A DNA stretch of 64,000 nt from Armatimonadota bacterium (GTDB lineage: Bacteria > Armatimonadota > Fimbriimonadia > Fimbriimonadales > GBS-DC): NCBI GenBank assembly GCA_037445735.1, contig JBBIJY010000009.1, forward strand, positions 35,241-99,240. The letters run 5' to 3'. The position numbers were made by a program, and so were the translations under genes. A model generated the notes under the pieces. That model searched no databases, was not told the DNA's origin, and saw only the letters and a program-made list of their open reading frames with translations. Of this stretch, positions 20,252 to 29,472 are shown piece by piece. Within the stretch, counting starts at the first letter, position 1. Every line of letters begins with the position of its first letter.

Positions 20252-23200
20252 ATGAACAACCATATGATTCACCCGCTGCCTGGCAGCTGGGGAGCGAAGT
20301 TGCTTCTGGCAAGCTGTGTGTTCGTGATGCTGGCGAACGCTGCCCCAGAGGGAACCTGCTCTTCTAATGCTTGCGTGTTGCCTGCGACCATGCAGGCGCT
20401 GGAGCAGCAGATGCGTGAGGCGTATCAGGCGCGCAAAAGCTGCAAACCCGAACCCCCGATCGAAGTTCGGCTCGAACTGGCACAGTCGCCTGTGCGGAGT
20501 CAGCCCGTGCAGGTGGTCTTCTCCGTGTTGCCGTTTGAGTTCCTGCACAACGCCGAGATCAGCTGGGATGTATCGGAGGGCATCAGCGTGCTGAGCCGCC
20601 CCCAGCCCCTTCAGAACCTGCAGATCGACACCAAGGGCGTGTCCCAGTATCGGCTAACGGTGCAGTTCAACCGTGCGGGCAAGTACGAGATTGCGGCATC
20701 GGTGGTGGAGCGTGGCAACGGCTTCACGATGGGTCGGCGCGTGCATCTCTATTTCGATGTGCGTCCCGACGGCACGATTGAGGTGAGCCGATTGCCCTTC
20801 TGGGAGCCGCTTAAGGAGCCGCCCGCAGCGCAGGAGGTTCCTCCATCCGAACGGATTACGCCGCCTGCCCCCGATTCGCTGGCGCATCTGGGCATCCCAC
20901 CTGCCCCCCAATCCGAACCCGTGAACGACGACGAGACCGTTTCGCCTCAGGGTCCCACGGGCACCGCGCGCGTGCGCGGCTACTTCTACTATCGCCACCG
21001 CGATGGAACCCTGCATGGCGCGTACGGCGCCCTCGTGCAAATCTGGGACGACGACAGCTGGTCGGGTGATGACCTGCTGGCGGAAGCCGTCTGCGGGAGC
21101 GACGGCTTCTTTGAAACGCCCGACTTCGACAACGGCAACGATGGCGACCCGTTCGATGACGCCTCACAGGAGCCGTATGTGCGCTGGTACGCCCGCAACG
21201 GGCGCGTGAATGTGGTGCATTACACGGGCGGACATAACTTCCAGGTGAACGGACCCTCAAGCACCGACCTGCCCGATGGCGTGTGGGATATTGGCGGCTG
21301 GTTCATCGATACCGATGGCCCCGGCAACTATCCCGATGATGGCTGGGAAGCCGCCTACGAGATCTGCGACGCGCTCAGTCGCGCCTGGGCAAGCTACTAC
21401 TACGGGCTGGGCTATGACCTCGCGCTCATCAACTGCCGCTGGCAGGAGGGCGGCTCCGATGGCGCCTACTATGAGGGCGGTTCCCAGCGCATCACCCTCC
21501 GCGATGGCGACCAGCAGGACGACTCGGTCATCTTCCACGAATACGGGCACCATGTGATGCAGGTGGTCAAGGGCGGTTTCCCGCCCGGTTCTGGCGGCGC
21601 TCATAGCTGGTTCGGCTGCTACAACGGCGGACTCGCCTGGAGCGAAGGCTGGGCAACCTACTCCGGTCAAAGCTCGCTGGGCGGTACCACCTACTGCGAC
21701 ACACCCGGCGTGGGTGATTCGGCGAACTTCTGCGTGAATGTGGAGACGACCACAGGCAACTGCTTCGACGGCACCGTTGGCACGACAGGTGAAGCCTCCG
21801 TGCTGTCCTCGCTCTGGGATGTGTATGACAATCTGGCGGGCGACCCCCATCCGCGGGACCGCCTCGCGCTGGGACGCAGCGCCATCTGGGACACCTTCGT
21901 CAACGGCGGAACCCTCAACCACATGCTGGACTTTGTCAATGCATGGTTCGCGCGCGGGTACGACTACGACTCCGCCTTTCGCGATATTATGCGCGACCAC
22001 CGAATCCTGGCGGAAATCAGCAACTTCGTGACGGTGGAGATCGACCACACCTATCGGGGTGACCTGGTGGTGGATGTGGGCGTGGGCAATCCCGACGCGC
22101 CGCTTTATTCCAAGCGTATCTGGAACCGCGCAGGCGGCAGTGCGGACAACCTCTACATTCAGGAGAGCGTGGCGGACGCGCCCAGCTTCTACCTGAACAA
22201 CCCCGACGAGAGCGTGGTCTGGTTCTGCAAAGTGTACGATGCTGCGGGCCTGGATCAGGGCACCCTGCGCCGATTCAGCCTGACCACTAACAACACTTAT
22301 GTATCGGGCAATGTGCCCCAACCTGTAACGGACTTCAACGCGACCTATGCCTTCTACCCGACGCGCACCGCACGCCACGCCCTGATTGGGCTGGATCACA
22401 CATACAGGGGCGACCTCGTGGTGACGATAGGGGCTGGCGATCCGAGCAGTCCGCTCTGGAGCCGCGTGGTGGCAAACCGCACGGGCGGCTCGCTGGACAA
22501 CATGTGGTGCCAGGTGGACCTTTCGAGCGCCGCCGCGTTCCTACCCCCTGACCCGCGCACCTGCGACATGCGCGGCTGGTGGGTCAAAGTGGAGGACCGG
22601 GCAGGCGCCGATGAGGGCACGCTGCACACCTTCCTCATCAATAACAACGGCAGTATCACCGACACGAACGATGCGGATCAGCCGATTGTGGACTTCAGCA
22701 CCAGCTACCTGCGTCAGTGGGGCGACAGCGTCTGGACCGCAATTACACCCGTTACGGGCGCTTACGGACAGACCGTGCCGCTGAGCGTGCGTATGAATGC
22801 TGTCAATCTGGTCAGCTGGATCTGCAACCGCGCCATCGCCTTCTCCGTGGCGGGCAACCCTGCGGGCAGCGCGAACACCGATGTCAACGGCTGGGCAAGC
22901 GTCAACTACACCATCCCTGAAAGCCTTGCCGTCAGCACGCATAATGTGACCTTCGCCTTCGCGGGCGACTTCTTCTTCAGCGCGCGTACCGCGACCGTCG
23001 CCGCGCTGACCGTGCAGAAGGCGAACACCAGCCTCAGTGTGGTGAACCGCTCCGGCTTCATCGGGCAGACGATTCAACTGCAGGCGACGCTCCGCCGCAC
23101 CACCGATAACGCGCCGCTGACAGGCAGAAGCGTGCAGTTCCGCATCGATGGCAACCCCGTCGGCAGCGCAAACACCAACGCCTCTGGCATCGCCACGCTC

Positions 23201-23476
23201 AACTACACCATCCCGAATATCGCCTGCGACAACCACACCATTCAGGCGGTCTTTGCGGGCGACAGCTGGTACAACGCCGGCTCAGGCGACGCCACGCTGA
23301 CCGTTCGCCTGCAGGGCGATGTGAACGGCGATCACGTGGTGGATGACGCCGACCTGCTCGCGGTGCTGTTTGCGTTCGGTCAGACAGGGAGCCGCCCCGA
23401 AGATGTGAACAGCGACGGCGTGGTGGATGACGCCGACCTGCTGATTGTGCTGTTCAACTTCGGGCAGAGCTGCTAA
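20252..23476 (+). CDS. Secreted multidomain zinc metalloprotease-like protein (HExxH, two P-domain-like modules, Ig-like repeats, dockerin-like C-terminus)
   Basis: HEYGHH and SEGWA; HTYRGDLVV twice; GSANT..G.A..NYTIP twice; GDVNGD..VDDADLL twice. Confidence 0.8.
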   Translation: MNNHMIHPLPGSWGAKLLLASCVFVMLANAAPEGTCSSNACVLPATMQALEQQMREAYQARKSCKPEPPIEVRLELAQSPVRSQPVQVVFSVLPFEFLHNAEISWDVSEGISVLSRPQPLQNLQIDTKGVSQYRLTVQFNRAGKYEIAASVVERGNGFTMGRRVHLYFDVRPDGTIEVSRLPFWEPLKEPPAAQEVPPSERITPPAPDSLAHLGIPPAPQSEPVNDDETVSPQGPTGTARVRGYFYYRHRDGTLHGAYGALVQIWDDDSWSGDDLLAEAVCGSDGFFETPDFDNGNDGDPFDDASQEPYVRWYARNGRVNVVHYTGGHNFQVNGPSSTDLPDGVWDIGGWFIDTDGPGNYPDDGWEAAYEICDALSRAWASYYYGLGYDLALINCRWQEGGSDGAYYEGGSQRITLRDGDQQDDSVIFHEYGHHVMQVVKGGFPPGSGGAHSWFGCYNGGLAWSEGWATYSGQSSLGGTTYCDTPGVGDSANFCVNVETTTGNCFDGTVGTTGEASVLSSLWDVYDNLAGDPHPRDRLALGRSAIWDTFVNGGTLNHMLDFVNAWFARGYDYDSAFRDIMRDHRILAEISNFVTVEIDHTYRGDLVVDVGVGNPDAPLYSKRIWNRAGGSADNLYIQESVADAPSFYLNNPDESVVWFCKVYDAAGLDQGTLRRFSLTTNNTYVSGNVPQPVTDFNATYAFYPTRTARHALIGLDHTYRGDLVVTIGAGDPSSPLWSRVVANRTGGSLDNMWCQVDLSSAAAFLPPDPRTCDMRGWWVKVEDRAGADEGTLHTFLINNNGSITDTNDADQPIVDFSTSYLRQWGDSVWTAITPVTGAYGQTVPLSVRMNAVNLVSWICNRAIAFSVAGNPAGSANTDVNGWASVNYTIPESLAVSTHNVTFAFAGDFFFSARTATVAALTVQKANTSLSVVNRSGFIGQTIQLQATLRRTTDNAPLTGRSVQFRIDGNPVGSANTNASGIATLNYTIPNIACDNHTIQAVFAGDSWYNAGSGDATLTVRLQGDVNGDHVVDDADLLAVLFAFGQTGSRPEDVNSDGVVDDADLLIVLFNFGQSC

Positions 23477-23499
23477 CCGCAGTTAGGCAACCCTTCAGG

Positions 23500-23538
23500 G
23501 CACGGGGGGTACGCTCGCCTCCCGTGCTTTTTTTTTTT
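23500..23538 (+). terminator. Rho-independent terminator
   Basis: GCACGGG...CCCGTGC followed by a long T run. Confidence 0.75.
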
Positions 23539-23933
23539 CACAGGCGGAAAGCATGAGGGAGCAGCTCGGCTAAGGTGAAGCGTGCCACGGGGTGTTCCGG
23601 GGTGGCAATCAGCACAGGCACAGCCTGCGGGTTCGGGGCGAACTCCATCAGCACCTGTCGGCATGCGCCACAGGGTGTGCCGCCATCCATCGTGACGACC
23701 GCCAGCGCCACGATTTCGCGCGCGCCGTCGGCAACCGCGTGAAAAACGGCGGCACGCTCGGCACAGATGCTCAGCCCATAGCTGGCGTTCTCCACATTAC
23801 AGCCCGTAAAGATTCGCCCGTCGGCGGTACGGATTGCTGCGCCGACCGCATAGTTCGAGTAGGGCGCATAGGCTCGCTCGCGCGCCTGCCGCGCCCGCTC
23901 AATCAGTTCCTGCTCCTCCGGGCGAAGGCTCAT
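23538..23933 (-). CDS. cdd: Cytidine deaminase
   Basis: AYAPYS, NVENASYGLSICAER, PCGACRQ. Confidence 0.95.
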   Translation of the reverse strand: MSLRPEEQELIERARQARERAYAPYSNYAVGAAIRTADGRIFTGCNVENASYGLSICAERAAVFHAVADGAREIVALAVVTMDGGTPCGACRQVLMEFAPNPQAVPVLIATPEHPVARFTLAELLPHAFRL

Positions 23934-24265
23934 TCGTCGTCCTCTGAATCGTCCGCCGCGCCTGCCAGCTCCTCTTCGAACATGGCTTCCATCTCGGCAG
24001 GGTCTTCGTCCATCGCCGCGCTCATCTCGCGCAGGAAGCTGCGCATCGTGCGGGGATCATCGGGGTCGCCTGCCATCTCCATGCGGTCGGCAAGGTCGTC
24101 CAGCATCTGGTCTTCGGTGCGCAGGCGGGCGACGCGCGATACGAGCCGTCGCGACTGCTGCGCCCCGCAGTGCGGGCAGGTCTGCGGCTCGTCCCGCTCC
24201 GCGATGCTCAACAACAGCGTGAACCGTCGCCGACACGCCTGACACCGATACTCGTACAGCGGCAT
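23930..24265 (-). CDS. FmdB-family zinc ribbon protein
   Basis: MPLYEYRCQAC...CPHCG. Confidence 0.85.
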   Translation of the reverse strand: MPLYEYRCQACRRRFTLLLSIAERDEPQTCPHCGAQQSRRLVSRVARLRTEDQMLDDLADRMEMAGDPDDPRTMRSFLREMSAAMDEDPAEMEAMFEEELAGAADDSEDDE

Positions 24266-24266
24266 A

Positions 24267-25193
24267 TCAGCCCATCACCTTCTGGATGGTCTCTTTCAGC
24301 ACGCCTGCCGAGCTTTGCAACGCCGTCCGCTCCTCGTCGCTGACCGAAATCTCGACGATTGCCTGCACGCCCGTGCGTCCCAGTCGTGTGGGCAGGGAGA
24401 AGCACACATCGCGGATGCCGAGCGCGCCCGTCTGCAGGGTGGACACAGGCAGAATCTGGCGGCTGTCCTGCGCGATCGCGTTCACCACCTCGCAGATGGC
24501 GACGCCGACCGCATAGCCCGCGCCACCCTTGAGCCGAATGACCTCCGCGCCGCTGCGCCGCGTGAAGTCGAAAATCTCGTCCATCTTCTCCCGGCTGTAG
24601 CCCGGGTAGTCTTTGAGAGGCACGCCCGCGATGGTCGCGCTGCTCCAGATGGGCACCATCGAGTCGCCATGCTCGCCCAGAATGAGCGCGTTCACATCGG
24701 TGGCTGCCACCTGGAAATACTCCGCTAACAGCGAGCGGAATCGGCAGGTGTCCAGCACCGTGCCCAGCCCGATCACGCGCCCGGCGGGCAGTCCCGACTC
24801 TTTGACCGCCAGATAGGTCAGCACATCAACGGGGTTGGACACCACCAGCAGGATGGCATCCGGGGCAAGCGACACGGCGCGCAACGAGCCGAGAATCTCG
24901 CGGAACAGCCCCACATTGCGATTGATCAGCTCCAGTCGGCTCTCGTCGGGTCGGCGGCGCAGCCCGGCGGTGATAATCACCAGATTGGCGCCATCGAGCG
25001 CGTCGTAGTCGCCCGCATAGATTCGGATGGGTTGCGACATGGCGGCGCCGTGCCGCAGGTCTAACGCTTCGCCTTCCGCCGCCTCGCGATTAATGTCCAG
25101 CAACACGATTTCGGAGACCGCGCCTTTGAGTTGCAGGGCATAGGCGGCGTTGGAGCCGACCCGCCCGCCTCCGCCGACAATACCAACCTTCAT
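24267..25193 (-). CDS. ldh: L-lactate (lactate/malate family) dehydrogenase
   Basis: GIVGGGGRVG, SNPVD, GTVLDTCRF, GEHGDS. Confidence 0.8.
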   Translation of the reverse strand: MKVGIVGGGGRVGSNAAYALQLKGAVSEIVLLDINREAAEGEALDLRHGAAMSQPIRIYAGDYDALDGANLVIITAGLRRRPDESRLELINRNVGLFREILGSLRAVSLAPDAILLVVSNPVDVLTYLAVKESGLPAGRVIGLGTVLDTCRFRSLLAEYFQVAATDVNALILGEHGDSMVPIWSSATIAGVPLKDYPGYSREKMDEIFDFTRRSGAEVIRLKGGAGYAVGVAICEVVNAIAQDSRQILPVSTLQTGALGIRDVCFSLPTRLGRTGVQAIVEISVSDEERTALQSSAGVLKETIQKVMG

Positions 25194-25221
25194 CCCATAG
25201 CCCTCCAGAAAAGGAGTATAC

Positions 25222-25384
25222 CCGATGCTGCAGGCTGGTGTGCAGCACCAGAATTGCAGCTCGGCTGGCGTTTTCCGGCAGAGTGGAAGCGGCTAAAGCC
25301 GTTCGCCGGCAAACGATGCCCGCATGCGCCGATTTGAGCTGACGCGAGTCCGCTCCGTTTGCCCAGGAACGGCTTCAGCCGCTA
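25222..25384. other. Intergenic region with two long imperfect hairpins
   Basis: CCGA-TGCTGCA..CTGGTG..CACCAG..TGCAGC-TCGG; AGCGGCTAAAGCCGTTC...GAACGGCTTCAGCCGCT. Confidence 0.5.
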
Positions 25385-25417
25385 TAGAACCCCCATCGGG
25401 ATGGTTGTATGGGAACT

Positions 25418-25630
25418 TTATGCTGCCTTGCGTTCCAGCACATTCACATTCACGATGCGGTCGAGCCGAATCTCGCCGTAATCGGTGATCAGGCACAGCC
25501 CGTAGAGGGGCACGAAGGTCACATCGGTCACGAACACCTGCTTCGTCTGTATCTCCCCGTGGCGGTTGCGCCATGCCACCTCGCAGGTGGTACCAACATA
25601 CTGCTGGGCTTCCTTGAAGCTCATCGTCAC
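25418..25630 (-). CDS. Small hypothetical protein
   Basis: 70 aa ORF, GGGAGG SD, host-like codon use. Confidence 0.65.
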   Translation of the reverse strand: MTMSFKEAQQYVGTTCEVAWRNRHGEIQTKQVFVTDVTFVPLYGLCLITDYGEIRLDRIVNVNVLERKAA

Positions 25631-25713
25631 AGCCTCCCCTGAAAGTGATATGCTATGGGGGATTCTGCCGCGCCGATGGGCAACTCTTTTCGGTCAAAAT
25701 ACGGGTTTTGGGG

Positions 25714-26736
25714 TTATCGTCCGACCTTTTTCTCCAGCTCGTCCACGCGCTTGACCAGTTCGGGCAGTTTATAAAGATGCGCCAGGATCTGCAGCCATTC
25801 GCGGTGGGCAATCGCGGGTGTGCCCCAGTAGACTCCGTTCGGGGGCAGATTTTTGGACACACCGCCCTGTGCGCCCACCACCGCGCCGCGCCCGATGCGC
25901 ACATGGTCCTTCACACCCACCTGCCCCGCCAGCACCACATGGTCTTCCAGCACCGTGCTGCCCGCAATCCCCACCTGCGACACCAGCAGGCAATGCTCGC
26001 CAATCTCCACATTGTGCGCAACCTGAACCAGATTATCGATTTTGGTGCCGCGTCCGACGCGGGTTGCCCCGGTCGTTGCCCGATCGATGCAGGTGTTGCA
26101 GCCGATTTCCACCTCGTCCTCAATAATCACTGTGCCAATCTGCGGGATTTTGTGGTGGACGCCCTCGTGCTGCACATAGCCGAAGCCATCGCCACCGATG
26201 ACGGCGCCCGGGTGGACAATCACGCGCTGACCAATCTGCACGCGCGGCATCACCACCACATGCGGGTACAGCACCGTGTCGTCGCCAATCTGCACATCGT
26301 CGCCGATATAACAGAAGGGATAGACCTGCACGCGCGCACCGAGTCGCACGCGATTGCCCAGCACCACATAGGGCATCAGCGCCACTTCGTCGCCCAGCTC
26401 GCAATCGTCGCCCATCACGACCGTCGGGTGAACGCCGGGCGCGGGGGTCTCAAACGGGCTGAAGAGGGTCAGCAGCTGGGCAAATGCCAGTCGTGGCAGG
26501 GGATGGAGCAGCAGGCTCTTCTCACAACGCAGGTTCTCCACCAGGTTCGGGCGGGTTATAATCGCGGCGGCAGGCGACTGGAGCGCAAGACGCAGGTTAC
26601 GCTCATCTTCCGCAAAGGTCAAGCCGCCGTCCGCCACATCGGATAGCCCGCCGATGCCCGTAATCATCAGGTCGGGATCGCCCCGCACCACGCCGCGCAC
26701 ATGTTCTGCCAGCTCCACCAGCCGATAGCGTGCCAT
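25714..26736 (-). CDS. lpxD: UDP-3-O-acylglucosamine N-acyltransferase
   Basis: Hexapeptide repeats, GGDGFGY, KIDNLVQVAHNV. Confidence 0.95.
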   Translation of the reverse strand: MARYRLVELAEHVRGVVRGDPDLMITGIGGLSDVADGGLTFAEDERNLRLALQSPAAAIITRPNLVENLRCEKSLLLHPLPRLAFAQLLTLFSPFETPAPGVHPTVVMGDDCELGDEVALMPYVVLGNRVRLGARVQVYPFCYIGDDVQIGDDTVLYPHVVVMPRVQIGQRVIVHPGAVIGGDGFGYVQHEGVHHKIPQIGTVIIEDEVEIGCNTCIDRATTGATRVGRGTKIDNLVQVAHNVEIGEHCLLVSQVGIAGSTVLEDHVVLAGQVGVKDHVRIGRGAVVGAQGGVSKNLPPNGVYWGTPAIAHREWLQILAHLYKLPELVKRVDELEKKVGR

Positions 26737-26744
26737 CAGCGGGT

Positions 26745-27065
26745 ATGATACCCCTTCGAGCCGTGCAAAGCCTGACGGAGCAGGTGTACGCGCTGGTGCG
26801 GCAGGTGCCAGCGGGTCGTGTGGTCAGCTATGGGCAGATTGCAGAGCAGTTTCCCCCTCTGAGTGCGCGTCAGGTCGGGCGGTGGATGGCGCTGGCGCCC
26901 GACGATGTGCCCTGGTGGCGCGTGGTGGGCGCGGACGGCACTTTGCGCATCGCCCGCCGCGACCCAATGCTGGCAAATCTCCAGCGCGCCTATTTGCAGG
27001 CGGAAGGCGTGCCGTTCGACGAGCAGGGGCGTGTCTGCATGCGGCTATGCCAGTGGGAGCTCTGA
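26745..27065 (+). CDS. Alkyltransferase-like (MGMT family, Atl/YbaZ-type) protein
   Basis: SYGQIA, ARQVG, PWWRVV (no catalytic Cys); start may be GTG 26763. Confidence 0.85.
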   Translation: MIPLRAVQSLTEQVYALVRQVPAGRVVSYGQIAEQFPPLSARQVGRWMALAPDDVPWWRVVGADGTLRIARRDPMLANLQRAYLQAEGVPFDEQGRVCMRLCQWEL

Positions 27066-27072
27066 AAACTTT

Positions 27073-27101
27073 TCCCCCTCCCGAAAGCCTTCGGGAGGGG
27101 G
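27073..27101. terminator. Hairpin between convergent genes
   Basis: CCCCCTCCCGAA-agcc-TTCGGGAGGGGG. Confidence 0.6.
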
Positions 27102-27113
27102 TGCATACCACGC

Positions 27114-27629
27114 TTAGCGTCCACCAGAGCGAGAGAACACAGCGATATCGCCGCGTTTCACCTCGCCTGAGTAGGTGAACACGGTGTTGCCATCCTCGTC
27201 GGTGAAAGTTACCTCCAGCGTGTCGGGGTCGCCACTGCCATCGCGCGAGCGATTATCGGCGACGCTGACCTGCACCGTGCCACGAACGCGCTCGAACCCC
27301 GTGCGCGAACGCACGGTCAGCACCGCCTGACCGCTGAAACTCGCCGTGCGATTGTCAAGGTCAACCGTCAGGTCCTCGAGGCGGAACATCAGCACCGAAA
27401 CGAGCTGGGTATCCTGGCGTGTGGTCAGGCTGAACCAGCCCCCTTGCCAGGAGCGCGCACCGAAGGTGAACTCAACCACGGTGAACGAGAAGAAGGCATT
27501 CGGTTGATCCGAGTCGGGGGCGCCAGCCGAGCCAGCGCCCGATGCGCCTTTCACGCTAAAGGTCTGTGCCAGCGCCAATGCGCTCGTCAGCACCATCAAC
27601 GCGCCAAACCACACTGCTCTTCGCATCAT
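27114..27629 (-). CDS. Secreted beta-rich hypothetical protein
   Basis: AAGGAGG SD, signal peptide ending ALA. Confidence 0.7.
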   Translation of the reverse strand: MMRRAVWFGALMVLTSALALAQTFSVKGASGAGSAGAPDSDQPNAFFSFTVVEFTFGARSWQGGWFSLTTRQDTQLVSVLMFRLEDLTVDLDNRTASFSGQAVLTVRSRTGFERVRGTVQVSVADNRSRDGSGDPDTLEVTFTDEDGNTVFTYSGEVKRGDIAVFSRSGGR

Positions 27630-27730
27630 CCATCCCTCCTTCGTCAGTGCTGGCTACCTCAGCGATCCATCTCGCTCATGGTAGCCTCTTTTATTATACC
27701 CTATCGAGGACAAAGAAGCCAAGGAGTGAG

Positions 27731-27900
27731 GAGGGTGTTCGAAAAATCCAACCAGCGGCAAGGATGCCCCTCACCCCTACCCCCTCCCCAGAGGGGAGAG
27801 GGAGAAAATAAACCACTCTCCCCCGCAGGCGGGGGAGAGTGTACGGGTGAGGGGGCTTCACACAGGCAGATATGATGTCCGCGAATTTTCGAACACCCTC
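27731..27900. mobile_element. MITE-like element with 15-bp terminal inverted repeats enclosing a family A REP pair
   Basis: GAGGGTGTTCGAAAA ... TTTTCGAACACCCTC perfect TIR. Confidence 0.65.
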
Positions 27901-27987
27901 CGGGGTGAGGAAGCCACCTCTATATCCCTCTCAAGTGCGGAACAGCGGGTATAATGGGGCAGTCCAACCAGTGGAGGTGCATGCAAA

Positions 27988-28833
27988 GTGCAATGTCCGA
28001 ACTGTCGGCAGCCGTTGCCAGAGAACGCGCAGTTCTGTCTGCGCTGCGGTCGCCCGCTCACAGCCACGCTGATGAGCAGCCCGCCCGTTAGCTCCAGCAG
28101 TAGTCGCGCGCTCCGGTGGCTCGCGCTCGCGCTGGGAGTGCTGGTGCTGCTGGGGGCTGTCGCCTTCATCGGCATCCACAGCGGACTGCTCACCCGGGCG
28201 CAGGTGAAAAAGCCCGCGGGTCCCAGCGTGCTGGAGGCGGAGGCGCCCAAGCCCCCAGCGCCCAGCGTGCTGCAAGCCGAAGCGCCCAAGCCGTCGGGTC
28301 CCAGCGTGCTGCAAACCGAGACGCCCCAGCCCAAACAGGCGCCCCAGCATGTGATCAACTGGCTCGAACACCTGCGCCGTATCGAAATGAAACGCCGCAC
28401 AATGGAGCGCAACTTCAATCCCGCACTGGAGATGCTTAAAGACGCACTGGCGCTCAAACTGGAACTGGACGAGGAGAAGCAACAGGAAAAAATGCAAAAT
28501 CTGCAGCAGGGCTATCAGCGCTATCAGCAGGATTGGGCAGGGCTGCTGCGCGAATATCGCTCCGTGCCGCCGCCCGCTGAGTGCCGCGTGTTAGCCGACA
28601 CCTACGACGCCGCACTGAGCAGCTATGTTACCTTCATGCTCCAGATCGAAGACGCCATGCAGAAGCAGGACCTCAACCGCCTGATGAATATGCGTGGCAC
28701 GGCTCAATCCGATGTGGATCAGAAGCTCATTAATGCCGATGTGGAGCTGATGAAGGTGTGTGAGAGCTACGGCGTGCGCAAATATTTTGACATTCGCCCG
28801 TCGGGCGCCGTCGAAACACTGTTCGGGTTTTAG
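27988..28833 (+). CDS. Zinc-ribbon membrane protein
   Basis: CPNC...FCLRCG, one TM, helical C-terminal domain. Confidence 0.8.
   Translation: MQCPNCRQPLPENAQFCLRCGRPLTATLMSSPPVSSSSSRALRWLALALGVLVLLGAVAFIGIHSGLLTRAQVKKPAGPSVLEAEAPKPPAPSVLQAEAPKPSGPSVLQTETPQPKQAPQHVINWLEHLRRIEMKRRTMERNFNPALEMLKDALALKLELDEEKQQEKMQNLQQGYQRYQQDWAGLLREYRSVPPPAECRVLADTYDAALSSYVTFMLQIEDAMQKQDLNRLMNMRGTAQSDVDQKLINADVELMKVCESYGVRKYFDIRPSGAVETLFGF
28213..28332 (+). repeat. Three 39-bp in-frame tandem repeats (PxxPSVLxxExPx linker)
   Basis: CCCAGCGTGCTG recurs every 39 bp. Confidence 0.7.
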
Positions 28834-28835
28834 CC

Positions 28836-29471
28836 ATGGAACTCTATCATCCGCAACTGATGCCGTATTTAGAGTCGCTGGTGCCGGTGCGCCATCCCGT
28901 TCTGCAGGAGATGGAGCGTCGGGCAGCCGAAACGCGCTTCCCGATAGTGGGTCCCGTGGTGGGGCATCTGTTCTATCTGCTGACCCGCCTGACGGGGGCA
29001 CGGCGCGTGTTCGAACTGGGTTCCGGCTACGGCTATTCCACTGCCTGGTTCGCGATGGGCGTGCGCGAGAACGGCGGTGGCGAGGTCTACCATGTGGTGT
29101 GGGATGAATCGCTCTCGCGCGATGCCCGCGAATATCTGGGGCAGCTGGGGCTGGTGGACCTCGTGCGCTTCGAGGTGAGCGAAGCCATCGCCTGCCTGCA
29201 ACGCACCGAAGGACCGTTCGATATCATCTTCAACGACATCGATAAGGAGATGTATCCCGACTCTTTGCCCGCCATCAAGCCGAAGTTGCGTTCGGGCGGT
29301 TTGCTGCTGGTGGATAACGCGCTGCGGCATGGGGAGATTTTTGACCTGGAGAACCGCTCGCCTGCCACCGAAGGCGTGCGCACGCTCACCCACATGCTGA
29401 TCGCCGACTCCGACTTTATCACCAGCCTTGTGCCTGTTCGCGACGGCGTGCTGCTGGCATATAAGCGATAG
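28836..29471 (+). CDS. O-methyltransferase (Methyltransf_3-like)
   Basis: ELGSGYGYS, FDIIFNDIDK, VDNAL. Confidence 0.9.
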   Translation: MELYHPQLMPYLESLVPVRHPVLQEMERRAAETRFPIVGPVVGHLFYLLTRLTGARRVFELGSGYGYSTAWFAMGVRENGGGEVYHVVWDESLSRDAREYLGQLGLVDLVRFEVSEAIACLQRTEGPFDIIFNDIDKEMYPDSLPAIKPKLRSGGLLLVDNALRHGEIFDLENRSPATEGVRTLTHMLIADSDFITSLVPVRDGVLLAYKR

Positions 29472-29472
29472 T

